Positions 11,867 to 26,000 of a stretch of 64,000 bases of DNA are shown here, one piece after another. The notes beneath the pieces were generated by a model, which was not told where the DNA came from, ran no database searches, and was given only the letters and a program-made list of their open reading frames with translations. Source of the stretch: Podospora anserina. Its lineage: Eukaryota. The stretch's first letter is position 1. Each line of letters opens with the position of its first letter. A program made the translations under genes and the position numbers. Location of the stretch: NCBI GenBank assembly GCA_017654855.1, contig CM030338.1, positions 124,001-188,000 on the forward strand, given 5' to 3'.

Positions 11867-14800
11867 TTAATAGAGTATCCTCGGTTCATGCAAAGGCGAC
11901 CGTTCAAAGTCACACTCTATCCTCCCCTTCTCGTTCAGCCAACAACCTTGGTCAGATATAAAGATGGAATCCTTGGTGTGCGCCACCTCTTGCCGGCTGA
12001 CTCTAGCATCGTCCTTGGGAATCCACAACTTCGGTGCTGGCTGCCACATCTCTGGTGGCCAGTACGCTTTGCGGGTATAATCTTCTGGCAGTTCATAGTC
12101 GCCGGGTTCGGGGTTGATGGTTGGCTGGAGCTTTCGGAAATCTTGATAGACTTCGGGATGGAAGAAGGTCATGATGAAATTGGGCGTCTTATTTGGATCT
12201 GGCGTGATCATGATTTTGATATAGGTCAGAATGCGAGTCAGTCCGGATTCCTTTATGGTGGCATTTTTGCCGAACTTGCCCTTGATTGCCGAGGTGACGA
12301 ACTCCTGAATCATGTATTTGAGGCTGCTGCTGCCCTCCAGGCCACGAAGTTGCACATCTGTGTCCAGGTCGTGGTTTGGCGCGAGGTTTGCATCGTCGCC
12401 AAAATCTTCATCCATGTTGTAATAGTCCGAGGCGAGGCCTGCCGGTTGTTGGTGCTGCTGCTGTGATCCACCGCCACCAGTGGACTCGTCAGGAGTCTCA
12501 TCTCGTGCTATTTGCTCGCCAGTGTCCTTCTCCAGGGCCAGCGTTCTGGGTAGGTTGTACAGGAGCGGCGTGAGAGCCGAGCTCAGCGAAAGGTGCACAA
12601 GACCGGTAAAGATGAGAAACACGAGCATCAGCATCATGGGTCCTGTTGCTACTTTGAGAGCAAAGAGGCCAATCAGACAGATCTCAGCCACATACAACCC
12701 TGCAAGCAAGTGCATCAAGGCGCGTGGATAAAAGAGACCTTTGGTGTCGTGATGAGAGTCAAACACGAAGATGATCATGTAGCGGTAGACGTAGCTGACA
12801 AACATCATGCCGAAACCCGCGAAGATGAGAACGAGGGGAGCAATACAGGTGTAGCTGAGAGCTGTAACAAGTCATGGTTGTTAGCGGTGCACAGCCATGT
12901 AAAACCATGAGGTCACTTACCGATAACACCCAGGTTTGTAAAGCGCGGAAATTCGGCTCCCCAGTACACCCGGTTGAGTCTGCGCCATCTGTGGTACTGC
13001 CTTCGTGGCTTGACGGTGAACTTGGCAATGACTTGATGCAGAATCAGGTCACCAAGGTTGAGCAGTCTCGAAGAGCCTGCACCCAAGCAAATGACCAAGA
13101 TGTACGAGAGGTAGAAGTTGGACGCCTTGGGGAGGTTGGCGGCCAGGAGATCCTTAGCCTTGAAGGGTTCTTGTAGAACTTGGGAAAAGGCAGCCGAAAT
13201 GGCCGACGAGAGTGTCGTAATGAGGAAAACCTGCACTACCTGGAAGAAGAAGTAGGCGTTCTGGACGTAGAGCTCGACTAACCCATGAGAGGGCACTCCC
13301 GCAACACGCGCACAGCTCCTGAGCATCCATGGCACGGCAGCCATTAGCCACGACAGTGCGAGCGCTGGAAGCAAACCTTGTATCACACCCAAGATGACCG
13401 AAGGGAGGTGCACCAGCCACTTGAGAAAGAAGACTTCCTTGCTGAGAAACTCGATTTGCGAGATGGTGCCGACGAGAAGGGAGGGAATGGACCAAAAGAT
13501 GATGGCAAAGGCAATGACGCCTTTCATAAAGAAGCGTCGCATGATGTGTTCCCACCACCGGATACGCAACGAGCTCCATATGACCTCGTCTGGCTGAAGT
13601 CCAATATAACGCGGCGACATGTGCAACGGCTGGTGGTGCGCCAGAATCTGAAAGGCCACCTGCGCGCTGGCCTGCGAGTCGAACTCGATAAATGCCGAGT
13701 TCAGCGGCTCTCCGTCGCCCCCACGGTACGCCCGCCTCAGTTTCCAAATGTCCTTGTTGATCAATTTTAGCCGCGCCCTTGTCCATCGGATGGTGTCGAC
13801 GCTGCGGAAGAAATTCCGAAGCGGCCGGTGAGTTGGTCGATCCTTGGCCGGGATCCAGAGAGAAGCCACCGAGCCCCTCACGTCCGGTAGTGACGGATCC
13901 AGGCCGTAAGGGTGGGTGTACTCGGGGTCAACAGGTTTGTCGAAGGTGGGGCTGTCTAGTACCGAGAGTTGATGCTCAGCAAACTGTATCGTGGAGTCGA
14001 GCGGTCCTCCCTTTTCAGCATCCTTCTGGGATGGCGAGTCCCCTGACGTCGTGAACGAAGCCGGTGTCAATGTCTTTGCCAACGACGTCTGCCCTGCTGT
14101 GTGCCCTTGCGAAACGCCGCCCTGGGCCTTCCAAAACTTCCTTCGCGAGCGGTTCGCCATCCGAATGAGGCGGATCTCGGCCTCCTCGAGCAGTTCTGCG
14201 GAATCCTCTCGATCTGAGATCTTGGCACGCAAGGCGCCAATATTGCGAGGGATCCATATGTTCCTTGCTGAGTCACCAAAGAGCTTGCGCAGCTTGGCCT
14301 CTTCGAGGTATGGCTTCGGTATGCACGTGAACAGGACGGTCCGCGACGAAAGACGTTTGGAGTAGTTGGGCGAGAGAAGATAGGCTTGTCGAACGTTGAT
14401 GTAGTATACACACTCCCGGACCACCATAAACAGCACAAATCCTGACACACAGATCAGCACCAGGGGAACACAAAAGGGGACAAACAAGCCTCATTGGCTC
14501 ACGCACCGAAGAAGCACCAAGCAACGGCGACATGGGCGTAGAATTTGTTGGCGATGATCACGTTACCGATGGTAAGTTTGTCAAGCTGAGACTGGCCAAA
14601 AGTCCCGGTGCTGTGGATGGGGAGCAGGATGGGCCACGAAATGCAGCCGCCAACGAGACAGATGACGGAGAGAACACGAAGGAAGCGGAGAAAGAAGAAG
14701 CCGTCGACGGAGCAGTTGTTGATGATGTACCGGTCATCAATGGCGAAGAAGGGTCTGATCCAGTCGAACCAGCCATCAGGAAGCGGGGGAGTCGGGTGCC

Positions 14801-15240
14801 TGCAGGTGTCTCATTAGCCAAACCGACGACAAGCTGCCGTGGGACAGAGCCCTTACTCTGGTGATCGCAGGGACGGAATGGTCCTCGGCGCATAAACCCG
14901 TGGGCATTTCCGACGGAAGACGAAAAATATGGCGAAACAGATGGCCGAGTAGATGAGAACGGGCGCAAAGGTGGACCCCAACGACTTGAGGGAGGCCGAT
15001 TGCGCCTCGTCTGAACCGGCACCTATGAGTTGACCAGTGAGGGTGCCACCGCCGTCAGTGTCGTTGCGGCCAGCGCCGATTCTTGGGTCGTCATTCTCAT
15101 CCTGCGGGCCGGCAAGCCAAAACGCGTCAGTGGTGCTGAGGGCTATTGAAGACAGGTGGATGAGGGCTCACGATCTGGGGGAAGGTTATGGCACGCCTGG
15201 CTAGACTGAGAAGCGCTTGCACACTCGTGTCCATCGTCAT
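11867..15240 (-). CDS. OSCA/CSC1/TMEM63 (DUF221, PHM7/RSN1-like) calcium-permeable stress-gated channel
   Basis: Motifs VYAPRT, LDGFFFLRFL, SRTVLFT, AFIEFDSQASA, P-DEVIWSSL, LAANLPKASNFY, DTKGLFYPRAL and PKLWIPKD. Exons are joined by canonical introns. The start is inferred at 15240 (MTMDTSVQ). Confidence 0.92.
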
Positions 15241-16607
15241 GCGGTGTAAGTTACGGCGGGAGTCAACAGTGAAGGCGACTCGTCTGGAGCAAGGCACGAA
15301 GACATGGTGGTGTTGCAGGCGCCGCAGTTCAGGAGAGGTTCAGGAGAGATCGAGGTGAGGATGCATGAATGAAAAACCCACCTGGTCTGGCTGGGTGAGG
15401 GCTCCTGGGCTAGAAAGTGGAAACCCGAACGCATGTCGACGGATGTCTCATTTTTCCCCCAGCGGGCCTCATCGTGGCTGCCAATCAGTCGCCGACTTCA
15501 CCTTTCGATAGCGCGCCCCGGCCTGCAAGCCACTTGGGGAGCCACTGGGGGAAGCTGGAGAAACGAAATTTGATTCGCAGCGAACTCCATCCCCAGTGGG
15601 CCAAGGACCCTCACCCAGCAAGCAGCTGTTTTTCATGCATGTTGTAAAGTTCATCCATCATCCGTCATCAGAGACAGCAATGATCTGGGAAGTTTGGAGC
15701 GTCTCAAAGCTATCCGCCCGGTCGGGAACCACCTCATTGTCTGCCCTCCGAGGGGCAGCCGTGCCGGCGTCGGGAGGGATGATCTGCGCTGCAAGTCGGA
15801 AATCAGTTCGCTGGTCACGCCTTCTCCAGGCCAATGAGCTGTCCAACTCCTCCACGAGAGCGCATCACCGCACCAGCGCCACCGATGCCACACCCTCATG
15901 TAAGGACTCGTTTGCCAACTTCCTTGGGCGCAGCAAGAATTGTTGGATGATGCCAGCACCTTGCTAGGGAAACGTCAATTGCTTGTCAATGTTTCAGATA
16001 ACGAGATCCAAATCGATCGGGTCGGCCGGAACCACCCCGCTAAGCGATAACTCGTTAGCGCTGATGATAAACGATCAGCGCCAGTCCAGCAGGTGGGCCA
16101 CAGCCGCCACCCGACCCCGCCCTCAAGAGTCCCCCGTCGTTCATGTCACAGCACCACAGCACCACTAGCACTCATTTGGTTTTCAGGCACTCAAAATCGC
16201 GGTAGCTGTGGAATTCCTTCACCATGTCATATTATCGTGCCCTTTGCCCTTTTCCCTGTCCGTCCATCCTGTCGTGCACGCTATCTACGCTATGGTCCCA
16301 AAGTATAGAGAAGTGAAACGGTCACGGCAGTCTGTTGTGGGAATACATGATAATTGTATTGCTGCGGGGTGGGCTGGGCTCTCTAGGTTCGTGATAGCAC
16401 TGTAAACTGTCCAGTATTGTCCTCCCACCCCCCAACATCCGTCAGACTCAACCTGGTCCAGCCTGCCCCAAAACGTAATATCCGCCAGCCCGCCCTTGGT
16501 TCTGTTTCCCCTCGGCTCTATCCGAGCTCAAGTTTTCCCGATATGAGATCCCTCCTCCTGCCTGCTCCCAAACATGCTCGTACGACGTTGCGCGGGTCGT
16601 ATTCCCG

Positions 16608-16755
16608 TCCATCAAGGGACAAACCATCAACCCCTCCAAGAGAACCAGACATGTGTGCGCTCTATCCGTCAAGGGACAAGACATCATCAACCTAGTCGAG
16701 ACCGAACTGACCACATGCCCGTTTCCCTCCGCCAGGGGACAAATCATCAACCTCT
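16608..16755 (+). repeat. Three dispersed ~25-bp direct repeats (core TCCRYCARGGGACAA..CATCAACC)
   Basis: Cores at 16613, 16670 and 16733, spaced 57 and 63 nt apart, with non-repetitive sequence between them. Confidence 0.7.
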
Positions 16756-17214
16756 CAGGGCCAAGCCAACCGTCGACACCCCTCGCCAAACATGTTGCTG
16801 ACAGCGTCCGAAATTCCAAAATGTAAGCGACCATGCAGAGTTGGACAATCGAAAACGCCTTTTTTTGAACCCTTCCACAAATGTACCGGAGCTGAAATGG
16901 GAAAGAAAAGGACTCAAGACCCGCGTGGACGCCCAAGTTATATCGTACACCCGAGTCTCGTATCATCGTTATGCCTCCAGAAAAAAATTGCAACCATTGA
17001 ACGCCCAGCAGCCAAGTTATGCAGTACAGCGCCGTGCAAGGAAAAGAGAAGGAAAAAGCTGTAGAAAGAAAAAAGCAAAAAAAGAGTTGGTTCACCAGGC
17101 GGTGTTCGCTCTGCCTGACAACGTGTACATTCAGCTCGTGTTCCTCGAGCGTGCGCAGCTCAAGAGGGAGCGCGGGCATCTGAGCCGTGCTATTGTGCTC
17201 CGTCGACTCCACGA

Positions 17215-19732
17215 TTAACCCCTGATAGCTGTCGCTGAATGAGCCTCGGCCCCGAAGAAGGGAAAGCGATCGGGCATCTGTTGTTGATAGGGATATTCGT
17301 TCGGCGACGTACCGGCGAAGGAGGCAAAAGTCCCAGAGGGACGATCATTCTTCTGTCCCGAGGCAGTCGGTGCCGGGCCCGCTAGGGCACTATCCGTTCT
17401 CTGTGTCGGAAAGCCCATGGTGGGAGACTCGGCCGGCGAAGCACCCATGGCCACAAATGAGGGATGCTGCTGGAAGTAGGGATTTGAATCCTTGGGATGC
17501 AGGGAGTGGTGTTGAGTGCCACTGTGGGAGTGATGATAGTTGCCCATCTGAACTGGACTGCCTTCGTAACTTGATGTGCCGCTGCTGTTGTTGGACCGGA
17601 GTCCGTCATCGACACCATCAAAGCGGCCAGGCCTCGATGGGTCATGACTGTACAAGGGGCTGCTTTGCTTCGTGCCAAACTAGATACAAACGAGTTAGCT
17701 TCCATTGCTGTGAGGTATTGTTGATCAAGGCTTGCCTCCCGGTCTCTCCTGAGTAGACTCAAGGCAAAGCCAGCGATTATCGAGAAACACGTACAAAGCA
17801 GTATTTGTTGACCAGCTCCTCATACGAGGCAGACGCGATGCTTGTGCCAGGGGAGTCGGTGCCGGGCACAGTGGCGGGCTTCACAACCGGGGGAGCTGTG
17901 ACAACTGCCGCGGGTTTGACGGGCTTGTCAGACCGAGCCGACGATTCAGCCTTGTCTGTAGGCTTCACATCGGCAGGCTTGGTGGTTGCGGTGTTGATCT
18001 GGGGGACGGCTCTCCAGTGTGGCTTCATGTACAAGCCATCAGACTTGGAGGCCATGGTGTCCTTGGCCGTCTGGATGGCGAGGGTAAGAGAGGCGCCAAA
18101 GTCGTACCGGTTGGCGAATGCCTGTCCACTAGGAGGGGCGAGACGACTGGGCAAATTATCACTGGGGAGGTTGGCGGCGCTCTTCACCCCCTTAAGACGA
18201 AGGCCACCGGTGCGCGACTCCCCAAGAAAGTCATGAATGGATTGGTCAAAATTGATCTTGGTGCCGTCGCCAAATTCATCTGTACCAGTCAGCTTCACCT
18301 TTGGCTTCTGTGCCAAAGCACTGCTGGGCCGTCGGTTGCTCTTGGGAAGCCCGTTGAGCGGACGCGAGGCGGCACCAATGACTCCCTGCTTGCCGTTTTG
18401 AGGAAGCATCTTCTTGTGGAAGTCGACCTGGAAGTTGGTCCCGTTGTTGTTGTCCCAGTGCTCTTGCCCGTTGAAGCTGAATCTGATGCAGAAGTATAAG
18501 GTCTTGGATTCCAAGTTGGCAAGATCCGACAGCTTGATGGTAAAATTGAAGCGATCCTGAGGGTACGGTGTATCAACAGGCCGGATGTCCGAGATGTACT
18601 CGGCGGCGACCTCGGATGTTGTCTTCCAGTAGTCCAGCGTGAATCTGCAAACGACACTCTTCTGGAAAGCAAGGTTCGCGACGGCGACTGAGCCAATCAG
18701 ACACTTCTGGTCCTTGGACAGCCATACCCGCTCCAGCCTAACAGTTTGGGACTTGCGTGCCGGGGTCTCCACAGGGAAGGTCGGCATGGTAATTTCCCAT
18801 TCGAAAGGAGGTGAGCGAACAGCCACTCTGTTGTCACCAGAAAACGGATACTCGGTGTCACTGTCGTAATGATCGATCGGGGACGATCCTGCACTGACGG
18901 CCAGAGGACGATCCACCTGTAGAAAGTGCCTCACGTGCTCGAGATGTGAGTCAAAGTGGACAGCCTTGGAAAACGTGGGCGTCCCAGGCATGCTGGACGG
19001 CCGTCGGCGTGATGGCGGGCGCAGGGCCGGGCGAACCAATTCACCCGACTTCTTTCGAACCATCTGCGGCTTTCGCTGCATTTCACTGTCGGATTCTTCG
19101 TCAGAACCGGTTGCCGAGCTGCTGGCCGACTTGCTAATGGTGATATGCGGCTCTGTCTGAGATCTTGCGTGAGAGAAACGGCGATTTGACCCAAGTAGAC
19201 CGTCGAGAGAGCTTGTGCTGAAGCTATGATGCATGCCTTGAGCGAGAGCGTTGACCTGCGCCGGCAGAACAAGCAAATCGCCAGCATCGGGCGCCTGGTT
19301 CTCCGTGACCGTGCCCTTGGATGGGGAGTTGGGCCGCTGCTGAGGAATCTGACTGGCTACATCCTGAAGCTCCTTGAGGTTTTCGATCTTTCTGGCTTGT
19401 GGCATATCGTCGTCCGATGAGTCGGGTGGGGAAATTATCGCGGCGTTGGGCATTCTTCGGTCACCTGTGATGGGCGGTGGCGATTGCCGCACACTGGTGC
19501 TGATAACCAACTTCTGCAGGTCTTCGGACGTCGATTCCGGTGTAGGTTCGGTTGTTGAACGCTGAGCCGACGCTGAGGGAGTACGGCGGTGCTTCATCAG
19601 ATACGAGGCCGATCGAGGGAGGACGGGGCGTGAGCTGGGACTTTGTTGATGGAATGATGGTCTACGACTTCCGTCCGGCGACGTCGGGACCGATGTGGCC
19701 GGCGACCTGTGACTGGGTGGTGTATAGGGCAT
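17215..19732 (-). CDS. Glycogen-targeting protein phosphatase 1 regulatory subunit with CBM21 domain (GAC1/GIP2/PIG-like)
   Basis: Motifs MVRKKSGELVRPAL, RVxF-type KAVHFD, CBM21 (GSVAVANLAFQKSVVCRFTLDYWKT...WDNNNGTNF) and SYEELVNKYCF. One intron, then a last exon ending at 17215. Confidence 0.93.
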
Positions 19733-19859
19733 TGTGTGCTATGATGTTCCGATGCAAGGACGACGATTTGAAAGCCCGTTCAGGCCCTGGACAAAAAGGC
19801 AAAATCGCCTGCTCCTGGTGCCGAGAGAATGGTCTGGTGCCCGCAAGAAAAGTAAAAGG

Positions 19860-20078
19860 CTAATGTCAAAATAAGGTTAGCGATCTGTGCACACCCAGTC
19901 TGATAGCACCAGTAGATAAGGCTATGAGAACCCAAGCACCGACAAGGTGGACAGAAGATGGTGTGCTGGTCCGGGTCTCGATGGCGTTCTCGAGACTCTT
20001 TCTCTTTCAGGTTCTCGAAGCCAGATCGGGGGGATTTCGACCGGCATTTCTTTGTCTCGCCGGCACCCAAGTACTTAC
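19860..20078 (-). other. Probable 5'-UTR intron of the CBM21 gene
   Basis: On the minus strand: donor GTAAGT at 20078, branch GCTAAC near 19875 and acceptor TAG at 19860, all upstream of the ATG at 19732. Confidence 0.6.
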
Positions 20079-23000
20079 CACTTTATCACAACCAACGGCG
20101 GAGGCAAGAAATTCCGGCAATATTTCAGCAACGGAACTGGCGCTCGGGAATGTGCAGGGAAGAAAGGAGGATGGTTTAATCGTTGGTGGTGTCGGCAATC
20201 TCGTGGGTTGCCTGGGTTGTCACAGGTTTGCAAAACGGATGCTGTTGACAAAAGCAAGAAATGACCGGAGGGTCGGAAGGTCGACACGGGGGGCGGCCAG
20301 CAGTGGTAGGTATAGCAAGCAACTGGCAGGTGATGGGAGAGCGTGTGCTGAATGCTAAATTGAATGCAAAATGCCTGTCCGGGACACGGCCGCTGTCGGG
20401 GTTGGGTCTGTTTCCGGCAGTCCGGCTCCTTAAATGCCAGCCCTCGGTACTGGCAAAAGGTTGAATTCGGCCTCGTGGGTTCGACTTGAGGACAGTGGTC
20501 GAAGTTGAGATGGTGACAATGGGGGACGGCTGGTGCAGAGGCAAGGGGCACGTTCGTAAGGATGGCGACTAGTATTGTACCGTCGTCAGTAGGCCACCTT
20601 GGACAGAGGAAGGCAACGGCAGGCCTTGGGATGTTGTCAAAAGTAAACACAGGCCTGGTGTTTGCGGCGAGAGAGAGGAATGAGACTGTTGGACTGGAGC
20701 AGCGGGCTGCACCAGTTTTGAATGATGGGGCTGTGGAATGGGTGGACTGGGACGGGGGATAGGTGACCAGGGGGGGTGGGCCAAGAAAACACACCCACAA
20801 CCACCAACCTGGAAGTCGATCGTACCTCTGGCGCTGGGCCCGAACCAGCCAAGACGCTCAAGGTGGCCCAATGTACAGGCTTGGAAATGAGCAATGGTCG
20901 GTGGGCGGAAAATGGTTTCTGGTCGGGACACAGCTCGCTACAGTGCAGAAATTGAAGAGAGGGGAGGTGGTATGGGCGACACGAGCGGGCGGTCGTGATG
21001 GAGGGAGAGAGGGGAGGGGGAGAGAGAGGAGGAAAAGAGAGTGAGAGAGGTGAGATGGTGAGGTTGTGGTGGACGAGGGAGGCGATGGTGAAGGAGGAGT
21101 AATCGTAAGCGTTGACAAGGAAGTCAAAGTGACCGGATGCAATGGGGCCAGGGAGGCGTGGGCCGAGTGAGTGGGAAGTGGAATGGTGTTTGACGCTGGG
21201 GGCTCACCGGTACCAGGATACTTCTAGGCCTGCGCTTGCAGGGATGCAGCCTTTCCAATTTTTGGCGGGAGTGGAGACGATGGCGAGGCGAGTTGGCGGC
21301 CCACTCGCAGCTGCTGCCCGGTGCGAGGGCCAGCATCCCTGCCATGTACACTGTGTGAGTGAGCAGCCGTTCACAGCCAGAGTCCGAGCGTCCAGGAGCT
21401 TCCCGATGCCGGCCAGCCGTATCAGAGATGGATGGTTGCTGATAAACCCTCAGACATTCGTCCTATCAGTGAGCATGTTGATATAAAACTGCCTCATCCC
21501 TCTCTTCTTTCTTTCGGCCGGCCGACACTCGCCTTCGCGGGAGCACAGACGGCGTCGAAATTAGAGTTCAAGCACGCAACGGGCTCTCACCGTGACCGAC
21601 AGGCCGCCTACTACTATCTCCTATACTAGGCAAGGTCGATAGATAAGACATCCATGGATTTACGCTACAGAGTATCAAGCAGTCCGTGCCAGCGTCCACA
21701 GTCGGGCATCTCTCTTGTCAACAGCTCCAGTATGAAACATGGACTGGACATTGCCATGTTGCTTTGGGCAGGGTGGCCCAGCCAACCGCTGGGTTTGCCT
21801 CGAGCCTATTGCTCACGTTGTTCATCCATCGACATCAGCGGCAAGAAGAGAAGCTCATCTCCGTTGCCCAACATCAAACACCGACAACAAGTCAACAACA
21901 GCGCTGTGGGGGGATGAAACCATGCTTTGTCAACTCGCCTGTGTTGGTCTTGGCATACATTCATGCTGTACGGTACAATGACGTCGGTGAAATGCTCGCG
22001 CTTGCTACAGCCACTCAGAGCCCTTATGCCAACAAACTGTTTGTTTTACGGCGTATCGGTCAGTAACCCTTGCATTTATTTGACTGGACAAATGTTTTTT
22101 CTTTCTGGCCCACGAGGCGCTGCAAGCCACGCCCGCATTTTGTCTCGCACAAATTCTTTTTGCCCGTTGCTTGCCCTATCTTCTTTCATGAACGTCAGCC
22201 ATTGTCAGAATAAAATATATCAACACCTGGACTTCCAGGTTACCCCAAAGCAGCATCTCCAGCTGTTGTTTGTCATTGTTTCACTGAGGGGAGTCCAGGA
22301 CACGCGTTTCCATAAACGGCAGAAGAGGCGATGTGGGGGTCCAGGTCAAGGTTCTCGGACATAATGTCGTGAATGTCTACCGCGCCACAAATACTGGCTT
22401 CAAGAGAGCTCCTTCAGCTTTCAACCTGCAGCCCAACATCGAGTCTCTTGCATTGTTCTTTGCGACTGTTGCATCGCCCACGAGCACCTTCCAGTGGTCC
22501 GGTCATTCATCGTGTATCCGTCCAGCAGGCGGGGTTCGAATTGAAATGCGATTCCCAAAAGTTAGGCCCATCCAACGACAGACGGCTCTCAGCCCACGTT
22601 GGAGAAACCAGCTCTGATGTGAGATGAATCGGCGATTGGCCAACAGCCAACATTGCCTAACGATGCCGGGCTGGCGCTAATCCCCCATCTGGCCTGACGA
22701 AAATATTTTTAGCGGGAAACGGCCCCGCCACGGCGATTGCGCAGCAACTTAGAACCCTCATCGAACCCTCAATGCGCCTCCCCCTCATCGTCTCGACCAC
22801 CAGGTGAGGCTTTGACGGCGTGACGGCCCAGGAATCAACTGTGACCCTTGAATCCTGGAGTTGTTCCGTTCTCTTCAACTGCACAACTCACCGAAACCCT
22901 CTGCTCCCGGAGGGTCCCGCCACGAAGCCGGAGCATGATGCCATCCTGCAACTTCTGCGCAGCGGCCTGGAGCTGAGTTGTTCAAAGATGAGATGCAGGT

Positions 23001-26000
23001 TGTATTTTGAACAGCGAATTCTTTTGCTCCAGACTTTCCCCGCTTCCATCCTCCTCTGACCATGAAGAACCCCTAGCCCAACTGGTCGGTAGGCTGGCAA
23101 GATCTGTCAACACCATCTCCATCGCGGCCCGAATCTCGATCCTAGTTGGCGATGCGGGAGGTTGAGTTGCATACAGTAGCCATCCAAGAGTCAGCTCCCC
23201 GTGCATAACTACCTGAGAGGGGCTCAACGGGGTCGAGCGGTCCAAGTATCTACGTCCACGTAAACACGGCGTCGGTTGAACTCTCCACAGGACTGATTCT
23301 AGAGTAGTGTTGAGAACGCTGCTCTCCAACATCAAGCGGCCTCGAAACAATAGCGCATTGGCCCCGGTGGAGAAGACGAGGTTGTCATAGTCATAACCAT
23401 CAATCGTTAAAATCTCTTCTTCCCTCTGCACAGTGCGGGAGAGGATTGTATCTTGGATCTCGGAGACTTCTCCTAACTCCCCAAAAATATGCCAAGGCTT
23501 GGGCTATCAGCCTGCGATGAATTCAGGTGCAGTGATTGGCTAGACAAATAGTTCTTCGAATGTCATCTTGGCACAGACAACGGCTTGGTCTCGACACAAA
23601 CCCTCTTGCGATGTCAGCCGGTGCCAGGGAGGCCTGTGTCTTGCATGGGCCAACTCACCTGGCACCCTGGGCAATTGCCTGGATCTGAAGCAAGCGATGG
23701 CACAAGCCTCGACAAACAGACCAAGAAAAAAATCTCTTCAACCAGGGCACAGCTGTTGACGTTGGGGATGCCACTATCAAAGCACCTCCGCGGCTCTTGC
23801 CATTTTCTGCGTAGCCTACCCCCACGCCTCCTATCAAATTTGTTTTCCATCACGGCTGTCCGAACGTAGCAGCTTCCAAGTTGATCGTCCATCGTCCAGA
23901 TAGATTCCTTCTCTTGCAGAACTGACCTGCTGCATCCAGACAACTCGCGTCTCCAATGCAGCCTCCTTCTGTAGCACCATGCCGTGCATCGAGATGGTTC
24001 TCTTGGCAACGATAAGTGAAACTTTATTATCGGTCAGGAAAAAAGGCAGAGCAATTTCTGCCGGAGAGACTGGCATATCTCCAGGCTCTCACCGAAGACC
24101 AATTCTTATCGCAGCTCCCATCCGAACCCTGTATTCCCGTATCCGTTCGTATTGCGGTGTATAATACATCCCATGCCGCCCACACCCCCGTGTCACACCT
24201 TGTCTCTGCTGCAATCCCCCAACAGTCCAGACATTCGCCATCTGCCCCACATCTGCACGGACAAAGAATATCCAGCCTGCCTTATTACATTGTTTATCTC
24301 ACGTCAGGCAGACCTGCAATGGCATTCCCTGGGCAAGAACAAAGTCCTCTTCCCATGGCAAAACCCGAGCCGTGAGCAAAAGCCTAGAACTGCCATCATA
24401 CCATCAGGAACTTGGTTTTCGCAATGCTTGGGCACCAAGAGTGGACCGGTAGCAGTGTATGTGTGAGCGATGGAGGAATGGCAAGACGACAACTCAGCTC
24501 TGCATCAGTTAAGGCGGGGTAGGTAGAGTTGGAGTTTTGCGGGGAAGGCAAGCAATGGAGAACATCCAGCATTCGACCCAGAACATCAGCAAGATAATTG
24601 AACGGTTTTTCATGGGAGTCCGAACTCAGTCACCCAACAACAAATTTAGATGCTTGGGTCCAGTAGTTATTACCAGGTGGCGGCGCGGACAGCACCTGAC
24701 TGACGCCAGTGGCGGCACAGGACATGGTCAAATAATTATTTGTGTTGGTTCTGGGCAGTGGTTCCTATTTTGCTGTGGCTTTTGCGACACCCATGCCATG
24801 CCGACTGCGGATTTGTTTCAGCAAATTTGAGACACGGCAGGCCAACACTGCATGGTTCTAGAAACTTGCCAGTACGGTGTGCCTTTGTGATAATCCTTTG
24901 TGAGATGGTTTATGAGACAAGAAGCCCACGAATGTTTATGTACACGTATACGTGTAGTGTAAATCGGAGGAGTGATGGATTTCGCAGAGTACTCTCTCTG
25001 TCGGGTTATTACCCATTGGGCAAGCCACCTCAGAGAACAGAGAACCCTACAAACGTTATTGCCAAGCGAGAGGCTTGCCTGCCGTGACGGCAAATGCTCA
25101 TTTTCAGGTTGTCTCTCTTATCGTGAGCCATTGACCAATCAAAGAGGATGATGTCCTGAGCCACATGTGCGCTACCCAAGCTTTGGCCAACTGCTTTGTC
25201 CCGGACAGTGCTGCGCTCGCAATCATCGCACGGTGCCATCTTGATTTTTTGGAGGATATTTCTCACCTCCAACTCCTGTCAAAGCATCGACCCCCATCCC
25301 CGCGATGACATCCCGATGCACTCCTACGGCAAAAGCCTTTACGCAGGCTACCGGGAAACATGTTTTGCATTTCATTCATGCATTACTTCAACTAGATGCG
25401 AGGTGAAAAGGCGAGTGGTTCGTCCACTGGGCACGGGGAACTGCTTCGCTTCTATCTTTACCTCCATCAATTCATCAAATTCAGTAGCTCTTCCGTCTTT
25501 CCTTTCTCGACAATCTAAAACGCCTCAGCAGAACACGATACAGATTGGTGGGTCAGTGATTCTGATATGTGGTTTCAATCTCCCATATCTTCCGCTGCTA
25601 CATATTCCCGCACACATCGGAAGCCGCTTTTTCGGATGGCCCCTCATCGGATATTCACCCCCCACCCCAAATAGTAATGTCAATCACTCAATCACTTGAA
25701 ACGGCATGTACTCTCTCGACCGTGTCGCGCTAGAAAAAGAGCACGAGTGTACCTACGGTAGGCAATGCCGGACACCATGGGCAATGGTCTGAAAAGCGTC
25801 CAAAAGATAGCTTCATGGCAGCTTTCATTTCCCCTCCGTCCGTCATAAAAGACCTGACACGGAGCAAGATCTAGGCAGTCAGGGTCCCCTTCTCCGTGGG
25901 GAAGGGTCTTGCCCCGACCCTCTCTTCGATCGACAACGGGCATCTCTCCAGCTCATTCTACTTGACAATGGCCCCCAACTCATATCCCAGTCCTAATGGC

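Noticed and set aside
16608-16755. Repeat-spacer-repeat pattern resembling a mini CRISPR array
   Set aside because: The context is eukaryotic, there are only three degenerate copies, and no cas genes are present.
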